A DNA stretch of 63,102 bases, filler included, from Reticulomyxa filosa (lineage: Eukaryota > Protista > Foraminifera), in the NCBI GenBank assembly GCA_000512085.1. It is 21 parts of 21 records of this genome, joined end to end, with 100 filler letters (N's around TTAATTAATTAA, not from the genome) between each part and the next. Parts side by side here need not be neighbours in the genome. Positions count along the whole stretch, not along the records: positions 21,671 to 26,217 come from ASPP01010023.1; positions 26,318 to 28,113 come from ASPP01000013.1; positions 28,214 to 29,945 come from ASPP01010977.1; positions 30,046 to 36,433 come from ASPP01004120.1; 17 more parts are not named here. One strand, 5' to 3'. Shown piece after piece: positions 23,492 to 36,433 of the stretch. Both the position numbers and the translations under genes were made by a program. Position 1 is the first letter of the stretch, and every line of letters begins with the position of its first letter. The notes beneath the pieces are model-generated. The model searched no databases and was not told the DNA's origin. It saw only the letters and a program-made list of their open reading frames with translations.

Positions 23492-25031
23492 GTCATTATT
23501 ATTATTGTTATTACTATAATTCGTGTTAGTGTAATTCTGATTGTAATGTTCATAATTGTGATCATTATAGTTATGATAAGACTCGTCGGGGAATTCTTGT
23601 GTAACCGGAGACTGTTTGATGGACGGCAGCAAAGGCCGTTGCAATTCGCCTTGTTTGTGTTCTTCACTTTCCTTATGTTTTTTCCCGTTCCATTCATCTT
23701 TTTTGTAGCTTTTTTTTATTTCGCTATGAGTGAAAGGATCCGTGCCCATTGCAGATTCGTGATGCTATATTATTGGTTATTATGCTGTATATTACTTTCT
23801 TGGTTCACACATACAATTGATTTCACAGATCAATTCAACACAAATGCATATATCTATATATATATATATAGATATATAAGTAAAGAACTTGATCATCAAG
23901 ATTGGAGTCTAACGTGGAATGAAGTGACAATTGCGACGAGTCGCAGCTGAGATGGCGCGACTTGGCTTCTCCAAACTCGAAAGGATGATTGGACGCGAGT
24001 GAGTTCATCATATCGACGCCAACGCCGCAAAAGCTTTTCTGAATGGGATCATCGAGGCTGTTATTGTCATAGCCAACACTGGGATTGGGATCTCCGTGAC
24101 CAGACAGCATAACAAAGGGTTTGTGAAAGGGTTCCATGTGTTCAATATTCGCGCTCGCAGTGCCAGTAGTCGCATCAATAGCACTAGCAGTATTAGTAAT
24201 AGCAGTAGTAGTAATAGTGGAATCAAGAGTATTATCCTCATCATTTTTATTAACAATTTTCAAATCCAAATAAAATCTTGGAATTTTGTCACTTTTCATA
24301 TTTTTCAACCCCCTGAGTGCAAAATAATATTTCGCATAATCGCTACCACTGATGTACAGGTCATAATCGATGCCGTGCAAATATGCTCCTTCCAATGTGT
24401 TGATGCTCACCAACGACAGCAAAGGCAACAAATTGGCAAACTCAATGTTCCAAGAACTCAAATCGTCCCATACTTTCGATGCCGTCAAAATGCTGGCTAT
24501 CATTATCGGACGCCAATTTCGTGGCGTCAAACACATTTGTCGGCGATCCATCAGTCTCTCCGCGTATATCAATGACACGATCGTCGACTCCACGTTCAAA
24601 TGCAACTTCTGGAATATATGATGCATAAACGCTCGCACATGCTCTTCCGACGGCTCCGACACAAAACTTCGGTGGTGCTTTTGTTTGAACACACATTGAC
24701 TTGCACCACTTAACACTGCTTGAAATGGTAGCACGGCTATATACTTCTTCTTCAGATAACGGTCTATATCAAACTTATTCTCCCAGTCCATATCTCGTCG
24801 ACTTCCTATTGCATTGTCACGCTTTATCAAATGTCGGTAAAATATCTTTGATACTAGGTCCAAACACAACGATAACGACGGCTGGAACAACGTTCCTTCG
24901 TCGGGTAACCTTAATTTTGTTTGAGAGCCTCGAATATTTTTTAATGCCGAGTTTTCTTCTTGCTTTTTCGGCTTGTTTGATGCTCGCTTCTTATTCTTAT
25001 TCTTTTTGTTCATATTTTTCTTTTGGCTCAT
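23267..25031 (-). CDS. CCNY: Cyclin Y-like protein with poly-Asn tail, 2 exons
   Basis: LNVESTIVSLIYAERL...NWRPIMIASILTASKVWDDLSSWNIEF...YAKYYFALR (cyclin Y box); intron 23765-23888. Confidence 0.88.
23403..23515. repeat. (AAT)n coding microsatellite (poly-Asn)
   Basis: Long TTA run within cyclin Y exon 2. Similar tracts at 14848-14880, 21671-21704, 52499-52545 and 54186-54322. Confidence 0.9.
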
Positions 25032-27228
25032 TGTCTTTTTTTTTATTTTTTTAAAAAATTACGTGCCAAAATTTTTACATTCAGTCCTCGGTCCTGTCTT
25101 TGTCTCAGTTTTCTTTTTCACAAATCGTGGCTGAAATTACTTGCAACTACTTTTTAAAATGAAACATGTTGTCGAATAAAAAAATTAACACAATCATAAA
25201 AAGGTAAATCTGACCGCATTTCATTAGAAATTTTCTGCAAACTTTTTTTGGAGAAAATCCAAAGTGCGGTTAATCACACTGAATTAGAAAAACATTTCAT
25301 GTAAAGAAATTTCATCAATAAATTTTTGATTTAAGTTAGCGTATTTGTCATAAATACATAGTCGATTTAATTAATCTAATACTATTTAAGTATCATAAAA
25401 AATAACAGGTGATGAAGATTGCAGAGATAGCGTCAAGTGTAATACGAAAGCGGCTTTCTGAATAAGTTTTCAAAGAAAACAAGAGTATTTAAAATAATTA
25501 GCACAATGACAAGAAAACAACACAAAAGAAAGTGAATATTGTTTTTCTCGTTTGGACTTGTTCTTGCAACATGCATAAAAACTAACTTAATATCAACAAA
25601 AACGACATTTTATACAGTTTATTGAATTATGACATTAAGCAAACTCCATGTGCTGAAAAAAATATTTATTATCATTTTTTGCAAAATTTACAATATTCTG
25701 TTTAAATATATTACATTAATAAAAATTAATCCATATAAAATAATTGTAAATACAAATATTAATAGTGATAAAATTTGCACAAGAAAATGCAACAAAATTT
25801 TATTTTCAATTTATTTCAGCTTGTTAATTAGTCGTTTTCACATATTTTTTATTCGATTAGTGTTTCGTGACATGTTGGCCCGTTTTTATATTTCGTTTGC
25901 TAGTTCTGGTCTTGTTGGACCATTTAATTTACGAAACCACTTCATGAAACTTTCTGCAGGCTAACTCATTTACTAATTGCCATCTCAATACTCTTTAAAC
26001 ACAAATTAGAAAGTAAAAAATTATATTTATGTAAGCGTGGAGCTAGAACTACATAAAAAAACAATGTTTGATAGAATCGATCTTTATCTGATATTTCAAA
26101 TTACAGTACACGATTCCTTCTTAGATTTGTCGCAACAACAAGTGAAAGACAAAAAATCAGAAAAAAAGCAAGAATCAATTTGGCCTAATTTCAAGGCAAA
26201 AGCAAGTTCAAATGGTANNNNNNNNNNNNNNNNNNNNNNNNNNNNNNNNNNNNNNNNNNNNTTAATTAATTAANNNNNNNNNNNNNNNNNNNNNNNNNNN
26301 NNNNNNNNNNNNNNNNNTCCATAGGCGTTCAGCCATGTGTGATAAGGGCTTGCCCTACAAGTACTACAATATTATCATAGTGTAAAAATATATTCAACAA
26401 ATTTAGCTATAAAAGTATATTGCACGATATAGGATAAGATTACTAAGAATAAATAAACCATACCAGAATATACTAGTGTCACAAAGAAATGGAAAATTCG
26501 AGCGTGAAAAGCAAAGATATTGGACGTAACGAACAATACAAATTAATTTTTTGTTCAACAAAATTATTTTCTGTAATTCACATTAAGTACAATACAATTG
26601 AACAAGCAGAAAAACAAAAAAATATAAACGATTACGAATTGGTTTTATGAAGCTCAAAATATTAATTGTGATGTTCAAGATGAAGAGAAATCAAGTGTGC
26701 AACCAACAAAAATTAGAAAACACATTTAACAAATTGTGATGGCAATGAAAACGTAAACGAAAATGCAAAAGACAAAGAAAATAAATCGAAAATAAATGTC
26801 GAATTGTGTAATAATTTTTCTTTTGCACTTTTGAAAATTGTACGACATATGATATATTTGGGTGAGGTGCGACATTAACTTGAAAAAATATATACTAAAC
26901 TTACAAGTCTATGAACACATTAAAAAAAATTTCACAATCCAAAAAACTAAAAATATAGTTTTGTGATCTTAAACAATAACTATGATACAACAGTTTGGTA
27001 GTCAAAAATTGTTAAATGTAACGTTTTTAAACATTTAAAAATGAAATACTTTCAGTATAGCAATATTGGACTTTGTTGTAATAGTCCCTGTCACCTCTCG
27101 CATAATATTTTTAGAATCTTGTCCATGTGTGCATCTTGTTTTTTTCTTTTCTTTTGATGCCAATAACTTGGTGCAAAAGTGGACAGTGTGTTGTTTCCTT
27201 GGATTGAAGAACAAGGGAAAATATAAAA

Positions 27229-28016
27229 ATGAGTAATAGAAGGTACTCGAATTTAGGTTTTCGGGTACGTCTTTTGTGATTGAAATATGTATATTCAATT
27301 TTGAGAACGCAACAACACAAAAAAAAAAATAGATTGGAGATGTACTATTGTTACCAGAAGCTGTAGGCGTTGTATATTTCATTGGAAATGTTCACTGGGG
27401 TTTGTTTGCAAGGAAGAGGGGAAAAAAAAGAGGAGTAGGAAAACTCTCGGATAGAGGGGGACATGATTTTTTTTTTTTCAATGGTAACACAAACAATATT
27501 TTGTGTGATATTTAAAACGCTTTGACAGATGAGAAACATGTATACGTTGGATTGGAGCTTTGCGGTTTAAGTTTTTGTTTTTGAGGTTCTTTTCGCAAAT
27601 TTTTTTTAAGTGAAAAGGGGATCGGGCTTGGGGGAAAAAAAAAAGACGCAATTGAAAACGGTCATGACGGATCAATTGATAATGTGAGATATTATGTCTG
27701 TGAGCCTGGTAAGGGGATGATGGTACCAATTGAATCAGTCGTTCGAGCAGTATTTTCAAGAGTTCTTAAACATTCTTTTTTTCTTTTTTTTTTTAAAAAA
27801 AAAAAAAAAACAACAAAAAAAAGTTGTTTGGAGAAAGAGGAAAAAAAAAGATAAAACAATTGACAAAAATCCGATAAAAAAAAAAAGGAGCTGTTAGACA
27901 AAGTATCCGAATTAAATATCGATCTGCAACGGCAAAAAACGTCGATGTTACAAGTAAGCACCCAATTGTCTATTGCCACATCGACTATTTCCCGTCTTGA
28001 GGGCGAGCTTGAAACT
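27229..28016 (+). CDS. CAP-Gly domain plus coiled-coil protein, 5 small exons (absent from ORF track), 3' truncated
   Basis: Exons 27229-27264, 27333-27399, 27529-27564, 27646-27761 and 27888-28016 splice in frame to MSNRRYSNLGFRIGDVLLLPEAVGVVYFIGNVHWDEKHVYVGLELCDAIENGHDGSIDNVRYYVCEPGKGMMVPIESVVRAVFSRELLDKVSELNIDLQRQ... Confidence 0.88.
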
Positions 28017-28075
28017 GTTATAATCATATATACACACATATATGTTATAATTATCTATGCAATACATAACACGTA

Positions 28076-28113
<38 letters not shown>

Positions 28114-28213
28114 NNNNNNNNNNNNNNNNNNNNNNNNNNNNNNNNNNNNNNNNNNNNTTAATTAATTAANNNNNNNNNNNNNNNNNNNNNNNNNNNNNNN
28201 NNNNNNNNNNNNN

Positions 28214-28647
28214 AATGGCCTGCCCTGTCACCTGATGCCCTGCGCTTGGGCTCGGCTGCTAATAACAATCGCTCTGCCAGATAGCCTTTGGCGGAATCCG
28301 GGTTTAGCCAATACTGCTTCGCGGCCAAATCAACCAGCAAATCAATCTGATGATGCGCCAGTTTACGCTCCGCCTCGCTGCTTGACGCATAAGGCACAAA
28401 TTCAATAAAGCGGGTTTGCAAAAATGGCGAGCTGGCTTTATCCGGCAGCACGGCTGATGACGCACTCTTCGCCGTCGTGATGATGCCAACTTTATATTCA
28501 GGCTTGGCATCGCCGGAAAATACAAAGGCAAAACCTGCAACCAGCAAAAACGGAAACGCCAGATTCCAGCCAAAGCGCCGCCCGATCGCGCCAAAACTCT
28601 AGGTTGCGGGCGCGCAACACGGCTAAAAACCGCCGCAGATTAAACAT
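28214..28647 (-). CDS. Bacterial ABC-2 type transporter permease (partial, frameshifted)
   Basis: [25 protein letters not shown](G)WNLAFPFLLVAGFAFVF; AAGGAG RBS at 28654-28659; GC about 50%. Confidence 0.88.
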
Positions 28648-29535
28648 GAGCTGCTCCTTCTGATAATTGATGGCCGGTCAGTTTTAAAAACAAATCATCC
28701 AGACTGGCGGTTTTTACCAACAGGCCCGCCAGCGGTCACTTGCTGTGCCAATAACGCAGTCACGGTCCGTTCAATATCCATACTTTCAATCAATAACTGG
28801 CCATCGAGCTGGCGTACGCTGCCAACATCAGCCGGTAACTGCGGCAACCAACCCGGATCTGGCAATTGTAAAATCGCGCCGGCAAAATGCTGGCGCAATA
28901 ACGCATCCGGTGAGCCCTGTGCAATCACCTTGCCTTTGTCGATGATTAACAGGTCATCACACAGCTGCTGCGCTTCATCCATATAGTGGGTGGTTAAAAT
29001 CACCGTGCGGCCCTGTGCTTTAATACTTTTAATCAGCTGCCAGAAGTTGCGCCGGGCATGCGGGTCCAGCCCGGTTGTCGGCTCGTCTAAAAACGAATTT
29101 GCGGTTGGTTAATCAGCGCCAGCGCCAGCAGCAGGCGTTGCCGCTGTCCGCCGGATAATTTTTTGTGGTCTTGCTCTAAAAAGTCGTGCAGATCACACAA
29201 CTAATCAATGTGTCGATATCAGCGGCGCGGATAAAATCGGCAAACATGTGCAAAGTCTCGCGCACCGTCAGGAAATCCTGCAGCGCGGTTTGTTGAAACT
29301 GAATGCCCAGTTGCTGAAAATGCCGCCGCTGTGCCGGTTCGCCGAAATAATGAATGTCGCCGCTATCCGGCGAAATAATGCCTTCTAACATTTCAATGGT
29401 GGTGGATTTGCCGGCGCCATTGGGGCCAAGCAAGCCAAAACACTGGCCTTGCTGCACCGAAAAACTAATGCCCTTCACCGCCTGCAATGCGCCAAAGGAT
29501 TTGGTCAAACCGCTAACTTTTAAAACAACTGACAC
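28640..29535 (-). CDS. Bacterial ABC transporter ATP-binding protein (frameshifted)
   Basis: Walker [52 protein letters not shown] start after GGGAG; stop overlaps the permease start. Confidence 0.93.
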
Positions 29536-29613
29536 AATCAACACTCCCGTACCAACGGATGGCTCTGCTACCATAGCAGGCGAGACAAATTTTTAAATAA
29601 GGTGACTGAGGTT

Positions 29614-29945
29614 ATGCGCACCATCCGGATTTATCAGCCAGGTGATTTACAGCCAGGCCAGCAACTGCCGTTGTGGGACGATGCGGCCCATCATGTCGGT
29701 AAAGTGCTCAGAATGCAAAGCGGTGAATTGTTACAGCTGTTTAATGGCGATGGTTGCAACTACGCCGCCAAGATCACTGAAGTGGGCAAAAAACAACTGT
29801 GGGTCGAGATTTTATCGATGGAGCCAAATCCGGTTGAATCCCCGCTGCATATTCATCTGGGCCAGGGCATTTCCCGCGGTGATCGAATGGACTTTGCCAT
29901 CCAAAAAGCGGTGGAGTTAGGGGTGAGCGCTATTACCCATTATTT
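29614..29945 (+). CDS. rsmE: 16S rRNA m3U1498 methyltransferase RsmE (bacterial, 3' truncated)
   Basis: MRTIRIYQP...HHVGKVLRM...LFNGDG...ESPLHIHLGQGISRGDRMDFAIQKAVELGVSAIT; GAGG RBS. Confidence 0.95.
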
Positions 29946-30808
29946 NNNNNNNNNNNNNNNNNNNNNNNNNNNNNNNNNNNNNNNNNNNNTTAATTAATTA
30001 ANNNNNNNNNNNNNNNNNNNNNNNNNNNNNNNNNNNNNNNNNNNNCACGTTGATTTCGATGATAATGCTTCCATCAAGTATGACTTGAAGGAAGATATTA
30101 TCACTAAAATGCTCTTCCCCTAGAGCTACCATTTCTTTGGTGGTCTTGTCAATGGCAGACCTTTCCACTTTTTGAATCCTAGTGATTCAGTTTTTTGGTA
30201 ACCAAAAAGTTCGTTCATATCCACAGCGATCACTTCTTTGAGATGAGATAGAATATAGGGTCTCGACTGCTAACAAAATATTGCCTACGTATTCACTCAG
30301 CAATACCCAGCGCCACCAACATATGTCAATATTTAAGCCTTTATTTTCATTGATCAAATAATGGAGCGACTTTTGAATAGTCGATCCAATTATCGATTGG
30401 CACGGCCCTGTTGTTTTTTGCAATAAAGGCGCAATAACATTAGCCTCTTCTGCGCACATCAACAGCAGCAACACCCAAATATCGGCGCGCACAAAACACC
30501 AGTCTAATATTTTGAAATAATTGACAAATGAATAGAATATAGCATGGGTTGCGTTTCGTGGCCGTCGTAGTCGTTATCATTGTCATCATCGTTGGCATTG
30601 CGCTTGATATTGTCGTACCCATCCAGTAGCTTCCATTGAGGGAGAGCATTATGTGAAATTAATCCGTGTTAAGAATGCGCAACGTCGGTACTTGTGGCTG
30701 TGAAGAGTCATAACCAAATAACATCGGTAAACAATTTTTTTTTTTCTTTTTAAAACAAATCAATGATGGTATGGCCTTGGAATACTTTTTTTCTTCTTCT
30801 TTATCTAG

Positions 30809-31463
30809 TCTTTTAGGAAGTGCTTTTTATAAAAATGGTCAAGATAATAAAGCAATAGAATATCATGAAAAAGCATTACAAATAAGATTAAATATATATG
30901 GAAATAATCATGCTGATGTTGCTATTTCATGTTTTAATTTAGGTGCTGCTTATTACAATAAAAGAATGTATGATAAAGCATCTGATTATTATGAAAAAAC
31001 ATTAAAAATAAGATTAGAAATTTTTGGAATGAATCATATTGGTGTTGCTCTTTCATATTTTTATTTAGGAGCTACTCATTATAATAAAGGAAAATATGAT
31101 AAAGCAATTGAATTTTATGAAAAAGCACTTCAAATAAGATTGGAACTATTTGGAACTAATCATGTTGATGTAGCTGATTCTTATTATTATTTAGGAAATA
31201 CATATTCTAGTGACGAAAAATTTGACAAATCAATTGAATATCATGAAAAATCATTACAAATAAGAAAACAAATTTTTAAAAAAGAAAACAAAGATATTGG
31301 TGATTCAAATTGGAATTTGGGATGGGCATTTGAACAAAAAAGAGAAAAAAAAATTGCGTGCAAATATTACGAGGAAGCATGGAAAATATATGATAAAGTG
31401 CTCGGAGAATGGAATATAGCAACTATGCATGCAAAAATAAAAGTCAAAGAATTGATTGAATGA
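30809..31463 (+). CDS. Tetratricopeptide repeat protein (42-aa kinesin-light-chain-type repeats), terminal exon or fragment
   Basis: Repeats of LG..Y...G.YDKAIEY.EKALQIRL.IFG.NH.DVA.S at 126-bp periodicity. Confidence 0.9.
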
Positions 31464-31519
31464 ATTTTATATCAAAATTAAGAATTAAATAGAATGTAAA
31501 ATGTTGTTTGTTTTTTAAA

Positions 31520-32062
31520 TTTAAGTAATACAACAACATTCAGACAAATTTACATTTTTAATTTCTTTTTTATAATCGAATTGCTTCATCTTCTGAACAT
31601 GAAGCGCAACAATATTTCCACCCGATGAAAGTTTGCAACATTTACACAATCTGATGAAAATTTTACATTTCCTTCTAAAACTCTTACAAGTGAAAGTATT
31701 TGATCTATTTTGGGCACTGAACATCCTAGTTTGGTCTTAAAAGAAACAAAAAAGTACAAGTCAAAATTATCAATCCATCCAAATTTTATATTCAAAATTC
31801 GTCTCACATTTCTTGAATTATTTCGTCATTTCATTATCACAATTACTGTCGATGTCATTTGTTTTCATCACTTATACAGAGTGTATCCACTAACAAATCA
31901 ACACAATTTTGTGCAAATATAACATCATTTTGCTATTTCTTGACATTGGTCATCTAATGCAGTATTAGCATTTTCCAATTTCTGTATTTCATGTACTGTC
32001 GTTACGTCCCATAAACGAATGGTTTTATCGCTTGAACAAGACACAATAGTTCGGCCACCTGT
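31520..32062 (-). pseudogene. WD40-repeat gene relic
   Basis: GGRTIVSCSSDKTIRLWDV and RILNIKFGWIDNFD...VRVLEGNVKFSSD, broken by stops and frameshifts. Confidence 0.7.
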
Positions 32063-32719
32063 AAATGAAATGCTGATTTTTCACATTTTGTTACCAATAC
32101 TTTTGTATGTCAATAATTCTTTTTAGTTACTTTAAAAGTAATGTAATGTTCGTATGTCTGAATAATCTTAGTTAAAAGTTTAAGTATCGTAGTTGTTTTG
32201 TGTAATAAATTTTGAAGTATAACAAGTATACAATTATTTGTATTACATTGTTAGCGATATTTTTTGGTTTAATCTTGTTAGTGGTTCCACTAACAAGTTA
32301 AGTATAAATTTATATTTTTTTTAGTAGGACTGTTTTGTCAGTGAAAGCTATATTGTCAATTCCAAATGTTCCTACTATTCTAGTTTTTAAAACTATTACA
32401 ATAACATTGACAACCACCTTTAAACGTCAATAAGTTTTCGAAATTTATGAACTGTATGTAAAAAAAAAAGCGAACTCAATCACTTACAAGACTATATAAG
32501 AACTTATGATTTGTTTGATTTGTTTTTCAATAGTTGTTTTTGATTTTATTTGTTTTTCAACTACTTTCAACATAGGATTTACATTCCTAATATTACACAA
32601 ACAGATTTTTTTATCGACATTGGCAAAATATACTTTTTTGTCTGAAAAAGTATTTGCAATTGTACAGAAATATTTTGAAGTTTAATAAAAAAGGAAATAT
32701 TTCGTTGAAAGTCCTTTGA

Positions 32720-33077
32720 AAAAAGCACAAGTGGACAGAAACGACAAAAAAAATTATCACCAACTGGGAATATTGAAACATGTTCACTTCCAATAGGTTA
32801 GTGTATTGATTATGACTTCTAGTTAGTGTCAATGAGCAAAAAATAACAATAAAGGTTATTATGAAACAATATGAAAATGGCCCTTCATTGTATGTAATTG
32901 ACCAATCTGGAACAATTGCGAAATATTTGCAGTAGCTGTTGGTGCTTGTGGAGAAAGTGATATGACAGTATTGCGTAAAGATACGCCAAATCTATATCTT
33001 TTAGATAAGCCGAAGACTTGGCCGCCGAAATACTGAAATAAGTCATTGATGCTAAAGTTGGAGCCAATAACATTGAG
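32720..33077 (+). pseudogene. PSMA5: 20S proteasome alpha-5 subunit pseudogene fragment
   Basis: ENGPSLYVIDQSGTIAKY/AVAVGACGESDMTVLR/YAKSISFR*AEDLAAEILK*VIDAKVGANNIE aligns with the alpha-5 C-terminal half; two stops and frameshifts. Confidence 0.72.
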
Positions 33078-34304
33078 TTTGCTTTGGTGCCGCTGAAAGC
33101 AAAAAATAGACTGTTTATGACTCAAAGCAAGTCCAATCAGCCATTTGCAGAATGACTACTTCTGAATAATCTTAAATAACAAACAAACAAATAAACAATT
33201 GACTAAACAGCACGAACGTTACACATTTTTAACTTGTGCCTTTTCTGTTGACCTTATTTTTCTTCAATTGGTGCTAGGACCTAGTGTCTTGCTTCTTTAA
33301 CTTTCACAGCATTGCATTTAATATTAAAAAAAAATTTACCATTTTGGAGTAAATGTTAAACACAACCCCATCATGTGTGTGCTAATTTAAGCATACATCA
33401 AAATGCAGAATTAAAATGCAGTAACTGTTGTTCGTGTAGCCCCATTGTAAGTAAATCGGGGAAAAAAAATTTTACTTGCACGCTTTTTTGGTTTGAAATA
33501 GTGGGTATTGTTGACTGGCTACTCTGGCAATAATGTGTTCTATGTAAATGACCCTGCTGACTTTTCGTCGACTTACGCATATTCTGGCATGTCCCCAACG
33601 TGCTGTTTATCGTTAATAACAAGGTTCAAATTGTGAATTGTATTTGTTAACACCTTGTAACTGAATGTACTTTTTTATCTTTTTTTTTCCTAATTGCATT
33701 TCACACTAGTGAAGCTTAACACGAAGAATTTTTAAAAAAATGCCCGCCACGTAGCAATATGACAGAGTAACGTCCGCAAAATTTTTCCTTTTTTTTTTGA
33801 GTACATGCATTTCTTGTTCTTTGTATTTGTTCGTGTTTGAAAAATATAGTAAATTTCATTTTGATTTGGGTCTCTATTCTGAGATGCTGTAATTCAGTCA
33901 TAATGTGGCTGTTGAACTGTCAGCAAATTACACAAAGTAACTGTTTTTGTAAAGAGTTTATTAAAAATATCTAATTTTTTTATGTTTAACAATTGGAGTG
34001 ATGAACATTTGTTTTTTTTAGAACAATTTATAACAATATTATTCCTTTATTCACGTAAAATTAGAACTTTCGATTAAAAACAATTTTTCTACTTAGACTG
34101 AGTAACCGTCCATAATGCAAAGAGACAGTTTTTATTGTATTTCAAAACAGTCAATTTACATCTTTGAATCCCAACAAAGAGCGACAAACGGCTAAGAAAG
34201 GGAAGAATGAGCCCATTTTTGAAGATAGAAATACGAACATTACATTTCCCTTAATCAATATGTAAAGAAAGAAGGGGAGGCAAATTTTTCCATATTAGAA
34301 AAAA

Positions 34305-35377
34305 TCAAAAAGAGGTGAAAGTGACCCAGCGATTTTCCAGGATGAATCCCCAGTTGTCAGGATCTCTTGATACTTTCAATGGTGGGTATTCATTGACTTG
34401 AATGTATTGACCCCGTTCTTTTTCAAGTTCATCATGAGAGTGGGAAGGCCTTGCAGAAGTGTCCGAAGCATCCTCAGTATCGATCATATAAAAAGCTTGG
34501 TACCCAAGATCTCTGGAACTTTCACGTTTTTTTTTAACAAACTTCCATTGATACCCTTTGTAATTTGATGTATTCATGCACAATACACCACAACAATATT
34601 GTTCAATGAACAACAAAAGGATCCAAAAAAAAAGATTTAAAAAAGCAAACCTCCATTCATTCTTAGCAATGAATTTCCTGAAAAAGCCAACGAATGATCG
34701 TCTTTGAAGTGACAAATAACTATTTCATCGCTATTTTGTAAAAAGTGTTGATTGTAGTTGTCCAACTTAAAACGAAAGTTCCATTCAATAGCGCTCAGCT
34801 CTGACTGTCCAATTTCACACCGAATCTATCCGTTTCAAAAAAAAAAAAAAGTTTTTCTACTTTCCTTCCACTCGACTTCTTTTCATTTGAACCTTATCTT
34901 GAATCAGTGCTTATATGCCATCTTATGCTTGTGCGTTGATTCCAATTGTTTGGCTTTGGATGGAATGTACAGTTTGCCTTTGTATAACTCTTCACAGTGA
35001 AGCTGCCACAATAAATTCGAACTGCTCACCTTGCGAAATTGCCGACTTACAACACTTAAATGCTTCAAATTATCCACCGCGTCCAAATACAACATTACGT
35101 GTTGTAAAATGTCTCCGATTTGTAATACCTTTGGACATTCATCACTTGTCATTTCTTCGACATCAATTTTCGTCTCTTCGTCCTTGTTGTTTATTGAGTT
35201 GCTATTTAGGCCCAGTTTCAGTTCCATCTTTTGTTGAATAAATGATTTCCACTTATTAAATTTCTCTCTTAATAATATTCTCCTCTTTTCAATAGTGGGA
35301 AGAAACGCCATTTTTTTGTTGGGTTCGTTTCCCTCCCCTTTACTTTTTTGTACTCCTGTTTTACTGTCGTTTCCCAT
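34305..35377 (-). CDS. F-box protein, multi-exon
   Basis: DILQHVMLYLDAVDNLKHLSVVSRQFRKVSSSNLLWQLHC (F-box), ELSAIEWNFRFK, QVNEYPPLKVSR..NWGFILEN; one frameshift near 34911. Confidence 0.78.
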
Positions 35378-35505
35378 TTTTACAACCAATCAAGTGTATT
35401 TAATCTTTTTGACTTGTTCAACTGGTAGCCGGAAAAAGGAACAAAAAAAATCTTCATCATATTAAAAAAAATTAGCAAGTTGCTTGCTAGTCTTTTTGAG
35501 AATAG

Positions 35506-36433
35506 ATGACTTCACATAACGACAACAATGAATTAAATTCAGCACAAAGTCTACGCATAAAGAAATATGGCAACTCTCGCCAACAAAAACAAGGCACTTC
35601 AAATGAAGGTGGTGGGAGCGAGAATAAAGTGGAAGACGAGACAGTGGTTTCAAATATATTGAGTAACCGTGGTGTACGAGGCAAGACAGGTAACAGGAAA
35701 GGCGATCATAAACATCACGTACAACATCCGACAAGGACGTCAGTTGACCACTTGACTACCTCCTTGGGGATGAGTACAAATGATTCGGAGTTAATTGTGG
35801 ACGACGACATTGAAGTCGAACCTGACAACAGTATTGCAAATCCTAATAACCATGTAAACGGGGTGTTGACACGAGTTGGAATGAGTTTCGTTGTGTTTTT
35901 ATTTTTTGAGCCCTTTTTTTTTAAAAGAAAAAAAAAATTGTTGTTTGTTTTTTTTTTTTTTTGTAATTGTGAAAACTGAACAGACCAAGACAGTGACGGA
36001 GACACATACTCTTCAGGAGGTTCGACCGGGGAAGATGGTCATATTCGACAAAATACCAGAAAACAACCTTTTACTAGTGCAAGCCAGGGCAATGGAAGCT
36101 CTCCAGTGAGTATGCAAGCATCAGAATCATTTCGAGGTACTTTTTTAATATTTATATACACCATGCACATATACATATGGTTATTCTTTTGTCTGAACGT
36201 TGTACCAATTACACCCCCAAACGACCTTTTCGTTTTTTTTTTTTTTTTAAACAAAAAAATTATTACACATTATTCAACAAATATGTATATAGAAGGCTCA
36301 CAATTGGGAAATGATTTTTCACCAGTTGGTGGAAATTCCAAATATCCAAGTGGATTGAAACGCGTTGGCAGTGGGATGAACAACAATAATAATAACAATA
36401 ACAAGAATAAGAATAGGAATAATAATAATAATA
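35506..36433 (+). CDS. Hypothetical hydrophilic protein, multi-exon, partial
   Basis: ATG 35506 ORF plus coding-like exons near 35984-36137 and 36292-36433, separated by T/A-rich introns. Confidence 0.5.

Noticed and set aside
28214-29945. Horizontal gene transfer of a bacterial operon
   Set aside because: No physical linkage to host DNA, no introns or compositional amelioration; contamination is simpler.
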